A DNA stretch of 64,000 nt from an uncultured Bacteroidales bacterium (GTDB lineage: Bacteria; Bacteroidota; Bacteroidia; Bacteroidales; VadinHA17): assembly GCA_963736735.1 (NCBI GenBank), contig CAVTPX010000008.1, positions 62,183 to 126,182 on the forward strand, given 5' to 3'. Under the pieces are notes generated by a model. That model was not told the origin of the DNA and ran no database searches. It saw only the letters and a program-made list of their open reading frames with translations. The position numbers and the translations under genes are program-made. Below, in pieces: positions 1 through 9,107 of the stretch; positions within the stretch are counted from its first letter, which is position 1; every line of letters begins with the position of its first letter.

Positions 1-1171
1 TTCCAGTTCAGCCGCTTTCCTCACAGAAACATCACGACAAACAATTAACATTTCTGCAGGAGTCCCGTTTGCACCTTTAAGCGGTGAGGAGGAGAGTTCT
101 CCCCAGAAAATTGTACCGTCAAATTTCCGTAGTTCGTATTCCCTGGTCTCGGGTGCTGTATTTCCAGAAACAATATCATTGAATCGTTCAATTACCAGGT
201 TATGACGAATCAGGCGCCAGCCAGTTCAGGATTGGTGTTCCGACAGCTTTTACACCGGGAGGAACGCCAAATATTTCAAGGGCCTTAATTGAGCAGTAGG
301 AGACAATTCCGGCGAGATCAGTAATAATAATCCCGTCTGGTGACACATCAATCAGGGTACGGTAATAAGCTTCAGATTCAATTACTTTTTGCTCCATTTG
401 CTTGCGTTCCGTAATATCCCTCATGCTTCCGATAATTTTTACCGGATGTCCGTCAGAACCAAACAGCAACTTTGCAGAGACAGAGCAGGAAACCAGTGAT
501 CCGTCACGGTTCCTCAGGGTAATTTCGTAGTCAGAGATGCTTCCCTTCTCACCCAACTTGTCCACCAACAATTGACGTTCCTCGGGAAAGGAGTAAATTT
601 CAGACATAGACTTACCGATGAGGTCCTCCCTTTTATACTGTCCCCGTGAAAGCGCCAGGATCGAAGGGCTGATTTCAAGGAGGGTGCCATCGAGTGAAGA
701 CTCGTAATAGAGATCCTGCACATTTTCAAATATACTGCGGAACTTTTCTTCGCTTTCCCTCAGTTCCTTTTCTGCTGCTTTCTTCTCCAGGAGCATCTCT
801 ATCTTGGACATGGCTGCCCGTATGGATGGAATAAGGCGTGACAGGTTCTGTTTGAGGACATAATCATCGGCTCCGGCTTTCATGCATTCAACAGCAATCT
901 CTTCATTCACTGAACCTGTAACAAGTATGAACGGGGTAAGCGGACTTAAATCATTTTTAAGTAAGAGAGCTTCCATTCCGTCAAACTGAGGCAGTGCATA
1001 ATCGGAAATGATCAGATCAGGTACGAAAGACATTAATTCATTTACATAATCCTTCCGGTTTTCGACGTGTCTCTTTTCAAAGTTTATACCGTTTCTGGAT
1101 AACTCATGCCAAAGTATCTCTGCATCTGAGGGCAAGTCTTCCACAAGAAGGATCTTTATAAGGTCTTTCAT
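1..1171 (-). pseudogene. Response-regulator receiver (REC) + PAS signalling protein; C-terminal part runs off the left edge; reading frame broken near 200-212
   Basis: ORF 200..1171 begins MKDLIKILLVEDLPSD...IISDYALPQFDG (REC), followed by PAS-like segments. After the stop at 200-202 the minus strand continues in another frame with the rest of the same PAS fold (RHNLVIERFNDIVSGNTAPETREYELRKFDGTIFWGELSSSPL...VCRDVSVRKAAELE) down to base 1. Confidence 0.8.
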
Positions 1172-1230
1172 ATCACTGTTCTTAAAAAAAATACTATTTC
1201 AAATTGCTGCCGCTGCCCGTCAGGATTATA

Positions 1231-1674
1231 TTACTTCAGCGGCTGATTCACCAGCAGCCAGTATAACCCCAGGCTGCTCATTGCACTTACAAACTGATCA
1301 AAGTCGACAGGCTTAACCACATAACTGTTAACACCCAGGTCATAGGCTTCCTTCATGTCAGGCGCCTCACGCGATGAGGTTACAATTACGATGGGGATGT
1401 GAGTTGTCTTTTTATCTCCCTTTACAAGCCTGAGAATTTCAAGCCCGCCCACCTTCGGAAGTTTAAGGTCAAGCAGGATCACTTTGGGTGGATTATTAAA
1501 ATTCCTGTTTTCGAATTTACCCTTGCAAAAAATAAATTCAAGTGCTTCTTCTCCGTCTTTGGCAACAAAAACATTATTTGCAAGGTTGTTTTTCTTCAGT
1601 GCCCGCAGAGTCAGTTCTGCATCCCTGGGATCATCTTCCACGATCAGAATTTCAACAGCATCAATCTCATTCAT
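1231..1674 (-). CDS. Single-domain CheY-like response regulator
   Basis: 147 aa. ILIVEDDPRDAELTLRAL...VILLDLKLPKVGG...PIVIVTSS...NSYVVKP are the canonical receiver motifs (DD, D, T, K). No output domain. Confidence 0.9.
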   Translation of the reverse strand: MNEIDAVEILIVEDDPRDAELTLRALKKNNLANNVFVAKDGEEALEFIFCKGKFENRNFNNPPKVILLDLKLPKVGGLEILRLVKGDKKTTHIPIVIVTSSREAPDMKEAYDLGVNSYVVKPVDFDQFVSAMSSLGLYWLLVNQPLK

Positions 1675-1700
1675 TTGATTTAGTTTAAATTTTATTCAAA

Positions 1701-4109
1701 TTAAACAAGTTTCTTTTCAACCGGCAAGGTAAAAAAGAATGTAGCGCCTTTTTCAGGTTCCCCCTCAGCCCATACCCTTCCTCTGTGACGAAGGATAATT
1801 CGCTTAACAATAGCCAGTCCCACCCCATTGCCTTCAAATTCCATGGTGCTGTGAAGCCTCTGGAAAACACCAAAGAGCTTGTTTACATATTTCATGTCGA
1901 ATCCTACACCATTGTCTCTGACATAATAAACGGTTTCATCTTTTTCCTGATATGAACCAATGATTATTTCGGATTTCTCCTCCTTCGCCGAGTACTTTAA
2001 AGCGTTTGAAATAAGATTAGTCATTACCTGCTTTATCAGCACTGAATCTCCGAATGCCGGTGGAAGTTTCATTACGGAGAATGAGATCCACTCCCTCTCT
2101 TCAGGCAAGGTAAGTTCCTGGAAAACTGAACTGGAGAGTTGTACCATACCGATCCTGAAAAAATTCAGATGGCTCCTGCCTATCCGTGAAAAAGCCAGCA
2201 GGTCATCAATAAGCTGGCCCATGCGGCTTGAACTAGATTCAATTATTCCACAGATTCTTTTGCCTTCATTATCAAGCACTTTCCCATAGTCCTCCTTCAG
2301 TATCGATGTAAAGCTGTGAATAGATCTGAGAGGCGCCCTCAAATCGTGAGAGACAGAATAACTGAAAGCTTCAAGTTCTTTGTTTGCAGCCTGCAAAAGT
2401 AACTTTGACTTCTCCAGATCTGCAGTAATTTTTTCCCGGAGAGTAATGTCTGTCATGTTCACAAGCACAATTCCTGAATCCGATTCCGGTGCTGGGAAAA
2501 CCATGCGGATAAGTACATGGATCAGATCCTGGTTCAGAGTCCTTAGTGCATGGTCTGTTTCAAAGATCTCAGATCCGCTGCAAAGAGCTGTCAGCTCATC
2601 TGCGAACCCCGGAAGGACGTCAGGTGTAGAAAATATTGCTGAAAGAGATTCCAGCAGTTGCTCTTTGTTTTGTGCCCCGAAAAGTACAAGTGTAGCCGGA
2701 TTCACATCAATAATTCTCACGCTCAACAATGCAGAGCTTATAAAATCAGGATGTAAATCGAAATAGGATTTAAAGTCTGTTACTCCATTCTCCTTAAGTT
2801 TTTTCACGGCAGAAATTAAATCTGACCAGTCTTCTTTCCAGATCGAGACCGGTGACACTTCAAAAATCTCCTTGTAGTTTTGCTGACTTATCTCCAGTTT
2901 TTTCGTGCGGTCGGATACGCGCTGTTCGAGCTCCTCATTGAGCGATCTGATCTCATCCTCCGCCCCTTTCCTTGCCGTTATATCATTGACTGCAGTAATG
3001 AACCACATGGGATCTCCCTTTTCGTTCCTTTCCAGGTAGACAGAGACTTCAGCCCAGATAATGCTGCCATTCTTATGGATAAATCTTTTTTCAAAACTGG
3101 TACGGTCTTTCTTCCCGTTAAGCAGCATACCGGCCTCTTCTTCACTCTTCTTAATATCATCAGGATGGGTAATATTATGCCAGGTCCCGGATCGCAACTC
3201 CTCTGCGGTATAACCCAGAAGGTCACAGAAACTCTGATTAACATCCAGGGATCCGTCGATGCCGGTCATGGATTTGCCAAGCGGAGATTTATCAAAGAGA
3301 TTTCTGAATTTCTTCTCACTTTTTTGCAGGTCTTCCCTGGCCTGTTTTTGTTCAGTGATATCCAGGATGGCGCCAATGATTCCTGTAACCTCATTCAGGC
3401 TGTTTTTACAGACGGCTTTATGGAACTGCACATCATGCTCCCTGCCATTACTGTCGACAAGCCTTGACTCATAAACCTGAGTGGCGCTGGCGTTAAACAA
3501 TTTATTGTCCATTTCGGAATACTTCATTGCCAGTTCGGGAGGATGAAACTCAAATACAGTTTTACCGGAAAGCTGCTCTCTTGTATAACCAAAAAGAGAG
3601 ACAAAGGAATCATTTGCGTCGAGGTATCTTCCGTTAATGTCTTTATAGAAAACCGGAATCGGGATTGTGTTGAGAAGGTTGCTTAAAAAGGCTTCGCTTT
3701 CCCTGAGAGCATTCTCGGCTTTCCTTCTTTCTGTTATATCCTGGATTACACCGAACACTATCCGGTTTTTTCTGTCATACTGACTTATTGAATGAATATC
3801 TCTAATCTCACCGGTATCAGCGGTTCTTATTTTAAATTCAATGTCATAAGGTTCATCCTTTTCGATCAGATTCTTAAGTGCTGCATCGAGCGGCTGACGA
3901 TATTCGGGCAGGGGGATTGTTTTAATTGTCTCATAATCAAGCATTCCCTCCGCCAGGCCATATAATTTATTTGCGCCATCAGATGCAATAATCCTGTTTG
4001 ATTCAAGATGGAGTTCCCAGTGGCCTGATTTGAATGTAAGTTCAGCCCTTTTTAATCTTGCTTCGCTAATACGGATTGCTTCTGCAGCTTCAATGCTTTT
4101 TAATTTCAA
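1701..4109 (-). CDS. Multi-PAS sensor histidine kinase (HisKA + HATPase_c)
   Basis: 802 aa. Several PAS/PAC repeats (DITERRKAE, DITEQKQA, DITARKGAE). H-box SYSVSHDLRAPLRSI. N/G boxes LISNALKYS, VRDNGVGFD, GNGVGLAIV. TTG start, no TM segment. Confidence 0.9.
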   Translation of the reverse strand: MKLKSIEAAEAIRISEARLKRAELTFKSGHWELHLESNRIIASDGANKLYGLAEGMLDYETIKTIPLPEYRQPLDAALKNLIEKDEPYDIEFKIRTADTGEIRDIHSISQYDRKNRIVFGVIQDITERRKAENALRESEAFLSNLLNTIPIPVFYKDINGRYLDANDSFVSLFGYTREQLSGKTVFEFHPPELAMKYSEMDNKLFNASATQVYESRLVDSNGREHDVQFHKAVCKNSLNEVTGIIGAILDITEQKQAREDLQKSEKKFRNLFDKSPLGKSMTGIDGSLDVNQSFCDLLGYTAEELRSGTWHNITHPDDIKKSEEEAGMLLNGKKDRTSFEKRFIHKNGSIIWAEVSVYLERNEKGDPMWFITAVNDITARKGAEDEIRSLNEELEQRVSDRTKKLEISQQNYKEIFEVSPVSIWKEDWSDLISAVKKLKENGVTDFKSYFDLHPDFISSALLSVRIIDVNPATLVLFGAQNKEQLLESLSAIFSTPDVLPGFADELTALCSGSEIFETDHALRTLNQDLIHVLIRMVFPAPESDSGIVLVNMTDITLREKITADLEKSKLLLQAANKELEAFSYSVSHDLRAPLRSIHSFTSILKEDYGKVLDNEGKRICGIIESSSSRMGQLIDDLLAFSRIGRSHLNFFRIGMVQLSSSVFQELTLPEEREWISFSVMKLPPAFGDSVLIKQVMTNLISNALKYSAKEEKSEIIIGSYQEKDETVYYVRDNGVGFDMKYVNKLFGVFQRLHSTMEFEGNGVGLAIVKRIILRHRGRVWAEGEPEKGATFFFTLPVEKKLV

Positions 4110-4307
4110 CAGTCATGCCTTCAGTATTGTTTTTTGAGGCCATCCATGTTGCTTACGGGCCAATGTTTTATTAATGATTGAATTACAATAATATTCACAA
4201 TGGGAAGGTACTGGAATACAATAAAATAAGTTGTAAGGGTTTGACTGAAAATATTGTAGGGGATTGCCTACAGGCGCCGGGCCAAAGAATCAGTAATAGT
4301 GATACTG

Positions 4308-4943
4308 TTATACCAGACCTTCCTTTATTGCATATACAATTATATCGGATGTGGTCTTAAGGTTCAGTTTACCAAGTATCCTTTCCCTGTAAGTGCTTAT
4401 AGTTTTTGGACTCAAAGACAATTCTTTCCCAATGCTGCTTATTGTTTTTCCGGAAGCAAGAAGTGCAAGAACCTCAAGTTCCCGGGCTGACAACTCGGCA
4501 TATAACGGCTTATCCTTGTCAGTTATAAAGTCCAGTGTAATCCTGTCAGCGAGAGAGGCAGTAATATATCGGGTACCCCTGGCTGTTTTTACAACGGCAT
4601 CAATAAGCTCCTCAGGGGCACTTGCTTTTGTAAGATACCCCATAGCCCCAAGCTTCAGGGCCCTCAGGGCATACTGTTCCTCTGGATATATACTCAGGAT
4701 CAAGACAGATGTGGCGGGTTTTAATTTTTTAACTTCACTGATAAGTTCCAGTCCGCTCCTCCCCGGCAGTGATATGTCAAGGAGAACAACGTCAAAATCC
4801 TTTTCACCTATCTTTTCGAGAAGTTCCTTACCGTTGCAGGCTTCTTCTATCAACCCGAATCTCAGGTCCTTATCATCTTCAAGAATCTGTCTGATTCCCT
4901 GGCGGACAATAGGGTGGTCATCTGTTATCAGTACCCGTATCAT
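4308..4943 (-). CDS. NarL/FixJ-family response regulator (REC + LuxR HTH)
   Basis: 211 aa. IRVLITDDHPIVRQG...VVLLDISLPGRSG receiver, and C-terminal LSARELEVLALLASGKTISSIGKELSLSPKTISTYR LuxR-type HTH. Confidence 0.92.
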   Translation of the reverse strand: MIRVLITDDHPIVRQGIRQILEDDKDLRFGLIEEACNGKELLEKIGEKDFDVVLLDISLPGRSGLELISEVKKLKPATSVLILSIYPEEQYALRALKLGAMGYLTKASAPEELIDAVVKTARGTRYITASLADRITLDFITDKDKPLYAELSARELEVLALLASGKTISSIGKELSLSPKTISTYRERILGKLNLKTTSDIIVYAIKEGLV

Positions 4944-4980
4944 AATATATCAGATATGTAAATGCATCACTGTTCATATC

Positions 4981-6833
4981 TCAACTTAAAGGTAACACAT
5001 TTGGAATTACCACCAGGACCCTTGTACCAATTCCCTTCTTTCCTGTAATATTCAATTCACCCCCAAAGGCTCTTGCCCTTTCTCTCAACCCCATCAGTCC
5101 AAATGATTTAGGGTCAGTCAATTTTGCCTTATCAATTCCAATCCCATTGTCTCTTACAGTTAACTTGAGCTGGTCTTTGCCTGATTCAATTGTTATCCAG
5201 ACATTTTTTGCCCTGGAGTGCCTTGAAACATTTGTAAGTGACTCCTGAATTATCCTGTAAAGCATAATAGACAACTTGTCTTCAACCTGGAATTCTGAGG
5301 GTAAAGTTTTGAATGCGGCTTTTATACCGGTATTCTTTGTAAACTGCTCCAGCTGCCACTCAACCGCTGTTTTCAAACCAAGATTATAAAGCATCCCCGG
5401 CCACAGATCTGCTGAGATATTCTGAACAGTTGCAACAGTGTCATCAATCATTCCGAGAATGCCGGTAAGTTTGTTCACAACCAGTGGCGATTGTACCCCT
5501 ATTCTGGTTTTCAGCCATGAAAAATCCATTTTAAGGGCAGTCAGTTTCTGGCCAAGGTCATCATGCAGATTAAGTGAAATTCTTATCCTTTCATTTTCAC
5601 GGGCTTCCTCAATATGCTGTTCAGCTCCCGGAGAGCATCGCTTGACTTTTTCAGGTTCTCCTCATAATTCATCCTGTCAGATATGTCTAACCAGGTAACA
5701 ATTACCCTTGAGAGGCTGTAGAAACTGTCAGACATTACCTGAAGCCGGAGATTCAGGTGTTTCAATTTGCCATCGGGGGTTTTTAACTGAATATCCCTCT
5801 CGGCACGTTTCCTTCCCTCAGCCAATAATGCCAGTAATTCTGCAAAAATGATAATTGATTTCCTGTTAAAAAGCGTTGGAAGCTTAAGGGTAAGGTCAGA
5901 AATATCCTTTACCCCAAAATAATTCAGTGATGTCACGTTGACATCTGTTATTCTCACCAGTGAAATGCAATAGACAGTTTTTTCCGGATTTTCCCTGAAG
6001 TAGGAAAGAAAATCATGTACATCCCTCTTTTTCAGATTTTCAAGACATTCCTTTACCCTTGAAAAGTCAGCTTCCCATGTTGGAATGGTTGAGTGATTAA
6101 AAAGCATGCGATACCTGGCCTCACTCTTCCGCAGAGACATTTCCAACACTTTCCGGTCTGTTATATTAACTGCCAAACCTACTATTCCTGTCACCTCGTC
6201 CTTCTCATTGATTATCGGGGCTATATGATTCTCGAAGAACACACTGTTCAACTCATTGGTTAAAGTCATAGTTTCACCGGAAAGTGCACGGTCAAGTACT
6301 TCTTTTCCCGTTATCTTATTCCCTGAATTTTCTATAAAAGAAAGAGATCCGTAGAGTTTATAGGCAGACACCCCGATGTTCTCTCCGGATCTTAATCCTG
6401 CCTTCGTCAGTTCGCGGCCTTCTGATAAAGTAAAAATGCCCTTATTGTCTGTAGCAAAAAAAGTTACAGGTGCATTTGAAAGAACGCTTTTCAATAATAA
6501 CTCAGATTTGAGCTCTTTTGTAATATCACGGATAATTATCACCGTTCTCTGCTTGCCGTCCTCAGCCTTATATACGGTAGAGGAAATGTCGACCGGAAAA
6601 AGTGAACCGTCTTTCCTGATCATTCTGATCACCCCCCTGGCTTTTCCGCTTCTTTCCCTTTCCTCAAGCAGTTTCGGTAGCCGTTCATCAGTCAGGTCAA
6701 CCACTCCGTAACGTCCCTGCTTTATAATCTCTGCCTCGGACCTGCCAAGAATTGTGCAGGCGACGGGGTTGGCAGCGAGGATGCTCCCGTCAGGTGCTGT
6801 AATTAGAATACCGTCCATGCTGTTTTGAAACAC
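4981..6833 (-). pseudogene. PAS sensor histidine kinase of the HisKA_3 (NarX/DegS-like) type, split by a frameshift near 5612-5620
   Basis: ORF 5583..6833 (PAS domains) ends ...ALRELNSILRKPVKMKG*. A different frame reads EQHIEEARENERIRISLNLHDDLGQKLTALKMDF (HisKA_3 H-box) and runs straight into ORF 4981..5529 (HATPase: VRDNGIGID, GLMGLRERA). The ORF opens with GTG at 6833. A natural ATG at 6879 (MKKVKQPENETFFDAV...) is out of frame by one base across a T7 run at 6870-6876. Confidence 0.8.
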
Positions 6834-6937
6834 GGCATCGAAGAAGGTCTCATTCTCCGGTTGTTTGACTTTTTTTCATTCTTTCGGCCGGCATCAGTGG
6901 AAATGTTTCCGTCTTTAGTCACAACAGATTCCCGATA

Positions 6938-6945
6938 CAAAAATA
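6938..6945 (-). promoter_or_regulatory. Candidate Bacteroidota -7 box (TATTTTTG on minus strand) upstream of the HisKA_3 kinase
   Basis: Plus-strand caaaaata is an exact TAnnTTTG on the gene strand, 59 nt upstream of ATG 6879. Confidence 0.25.
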
Positions 6946-7037
6946 CTCATATTATTCCGGACACTCTATTTTAATTGCCACGTGTAAAAATCCGACAGCC
7001 TCTGACAGGTATAATCAGGCCCTGCAATATTTTGCTT

Positions 7038-7057
7038 TTGACGAATTTAATCGTCAA
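7038..7057. promoter_or_regulatory. Perfect 7-bp inverted repeat TTGACGA-N6-TCGTCAA; candidate operator upstream of the PTPS-folE pair
   Basis: ttgacgaatttaatcgtcaa lies 29 nt upstream of the ATG at 7086, followed by a direct repeat of gtcaatt (7052-7058, 7064-7070). Confidence 0.3.
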
Positions 7058-7085
7058 TTTTACTGTCAATTAAACCACACGAGGC

Positions 7086-7496
7086 ATGATCTACCTGACA
7101 AGGAGAGAAAGGTTCTGCGCAGCGCACAGGATGTACCGCGAAGAGCTGAGTGACGAAGAGAACCAGAAGATATACGGAAAGTGCTCCAATCCCCTGTGGC
7201 ACGGTCATAACTATGTACTGAAAGTGACCGTCAGGGGTGATGCCGACCCGCAGGTCGGGTATTTTATGAATGCAACCAGGCTGAAGGAGATAATTGCAGA
7301 GAAGGTTATCGTGAAACTCGACCACAAAAACATGAACCTGGAGACTGACTTCATGAAGGGCAGGGTGGCAACCACGGAGAACCTTGCCATGGCAATATGG
7401 GGTGAACTCGAGGCCCCTCTCAGGGTTGAGGGTGCGACGCTTCACTGCGTGAGAATTGAAGAGACAGAAAATAACTTTGTTGACTATTACGGATAA
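7086..7496 (+). CDS. queD: 6-pyruvoyl-tetrahydropterin synthase family protein (PTPS/QueD)
   Basis: 136 aa. RERFCAAHRM...GKCSNPLWHGHNYVLKVTVRG is the Cys/His-Gly-His zinc site and spacing of PTPS-type enzymes. Sits 3 nt upstream of folE. Confidence 0.85.
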   Translation: MIYLTRRERFCAAHRMYREELSDEENQKIYGKCSNPLWHGHNYVLKVTVRGDADPQVGYFMNATRLKEIIAEKVIVKLDHKNMNLETDFMKGRVATTENLAMAIWGELEAPLRVEGATLHCVRIEETENNFVDYYG

Positions 7497-7499
7497 CAT

Positions 7500-8135
7500 A
7501 TGGAAAAATTGAATGACGGCGGCGGAAAGCTGTCCGACGGTTACAACAAGATCGAACGCTGGGACCCGGAAACCATAAAGGAGATTTCAGGGTATTATTA
7601 CAGGATTCTGCAACTGTTGGGTGAAGACCCTGACAGGGAGGGACTTCTGAACACTCCCGCGAGGGTTGCAAAGGCGCTAAGCTTCCTGACAAGGGGTTAC
7701 AACCAGGACCCGGAACAGATCCTCAAGGGAGCCATTTTCAAGGAGGAATACCGGCAGATGGTCATCGTGAAGGATATTGACATTTACTCTATGTGTGAAC
7801 ATCATATGCTGCCTTTCTTCGGCAAGGCCCATGTTGCATATATCCCTGACGGATACATCACAGGCCTGAGCAAGATAGCACGTGTGGTCGACGCCTTTGC
7901 ATCGAGACTGCAGGTGCAGGAGCGGCTGACGACACAGATACGCAACTGCCTGCAGGAGAATCTTAAACCTCTGGGAGTCGCGGTTGTAATCGAGGCACAA
8001 CATATGTGCATGCAGATACGGGGCGTGCAGAAACAGAACTCGGTCACAACTACTTCGGCTTTCACAGGATGCTTCCTCTCCAACCTTAATACACGGGAAG
8101 AATTCATTCACCTGATAGGCAATAAGTTGCACTAA
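7500..8135 (+). CDS. folE: GTP cyclohydrolase I
   Basis: 211 aa. [46 protein letters not shown] are hallmark FolE motifs. Confidence 0.95.
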   Translation: MEKLNDGGGKLSDGYNKIERWDPETIKEISGYYYRILQLLGEDPDREGLLNTPARVAKALSFLTRGYNQDPEQILKGAIFKEEYRQMVIVKDIDIYSMCEHHMLPFFGKAHVAYIPDGYITGLSKIARVVDAFASRLQVQERLTTQIRNCLQENLKPLGVAVVIEAQHMCMQIRGVQKQNSVTTTSAFTGCFLSNLNTREEFIHLIGNKLH

Positions 8136-8185
8136 CAGTTACAACATTTATGCCGGTGCAATTGCACAGATAATTTCAATTTGTG

Positions 8186-8193
8186 TATTTTTG
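8186..8193 (+). promoter_or_regulatory. Candidate -7 box TATTTTTG for fabD
   Basis: Exact TAnnTTTG, 24 nt upstream of ATG 8217. Confidence 0.3.
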
Positions 8194-8216
8194 CGCCATT
8201 AAAAACTGTATATAAT

Positions 8217-9107
8217 ATGAAAGCATATGTATTTCCCGGGCAGGGTGCGCAGTATCCGGGAATGGGCAAAGACCTGTACGATAATTCTCCATTGGCCCAT
8301 GAGATGTTTGAAAAAGCAAATGAGCTGCTGGGTTTTCGCATAACTGACACTATGTTCAGCGGGACTGAAGATGAGCTTCGCCAGACCAGGGTGACACAGC
8401 CCGCAATATTTCTGCATTCCGTGATCCTGGCAGCGGTGCTTGGCAAGGATTTCAATCCGTCAATGGTGGCCGGACACTCCCTGGGGGAGCTGTCGGCACT
8501 AGTAGCTTCCGGGGCCCTCTCTTTTGAAGAAGGTCTGACTCTCGTTGCAGGAAGGGCCAGGGCTATGCAGAAGGCGTGTGAGCTGGTACCTTCGACAATG
8601 GCTGCAATCCTCGGTATGGATGATGCAGTTGTTGAGGAAGTATGCCGCGAGATACCCGGAACCGTAGTACCTGCCAACTACAACAGTCCTGGTCAGATAG
8701 TGATCTCCGGAACTGTTGAAAGTGTTGATGCTGCCATCGAATTGCTAAAGGCCAGGGGGGCAAAACGCGCCATTCCGCTTGCCGTGAGCGGCGGTTTTCA
8801 CTCGCCTTGCATGGAGCCGGCCCGTGCAGAACTTGAAGCTGCAATCAAAGTTGCAAAGTTCAGCACTCCCCGCTGCCCGGTGTACCAGAATGCAACTGCC
8901 AAACCATCGGCTGACCCGGAAGTGATAAAGGCAAACCTGATCGCACAGCTTACTTCTCCGGTACGCTGGACGCAGAGCGTTCAGAATATGATCGCTGACG
9001 GCGCCACTGAATTCACTGAGGTGGGTCCCGGAGCAGTGCTGCAGGGGCTGATTAAAAAAGTAAACAGGGATATGCTGACAGAGAGCGCTCTTTTCAGTGC
9101 GTCATAG
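8217..9107 (+). CDS. fabD: Malonyl-CoA:ACP transacylase
   Basis: MKAYVFPGQGAQYPGMG..., active-site GHSLGE, QTRVTQPA. Start moved to the internal ATG at 8217, since the ORF-track start at 8181 lies inside the promoter region. Confidence 0.93.
   Translation: MKAYVFPGQGAQYPGMGKDLYDNSPLAHEMFEKANELLGFRITDTMFSGTEDELRQTRVTQPAIFLHSVILAAVLGKDFNPSMVAGHSLGELSALVASGALSFEEGLTLVAGRARAMQKACELVPSTMAAILGMDDAVVEEVCREIPGTVVPANYNSPGQIVISGTVESVDAAIELLKARGAKRAIPLAVSGGFHSPCMEPARAELEAAIKVAKFSTPRCPVYQNATAKPSADPEVIKANLIAQLTSPVRWTQSVQNMIADGATEFTEVGPGAVLQGLIKKVNRDMLTESALFSAS

Noticed and set aside
6834-7085. Riboswitch (preQ1, THF or similar) upstream of the PTPS-folE pair
   Set aside because: I could not find the conserved cores of these riboswitches by eye, and the only clear structure is a short DNA-type palindrome. 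This needs a covariance-model scan to exclude properly.
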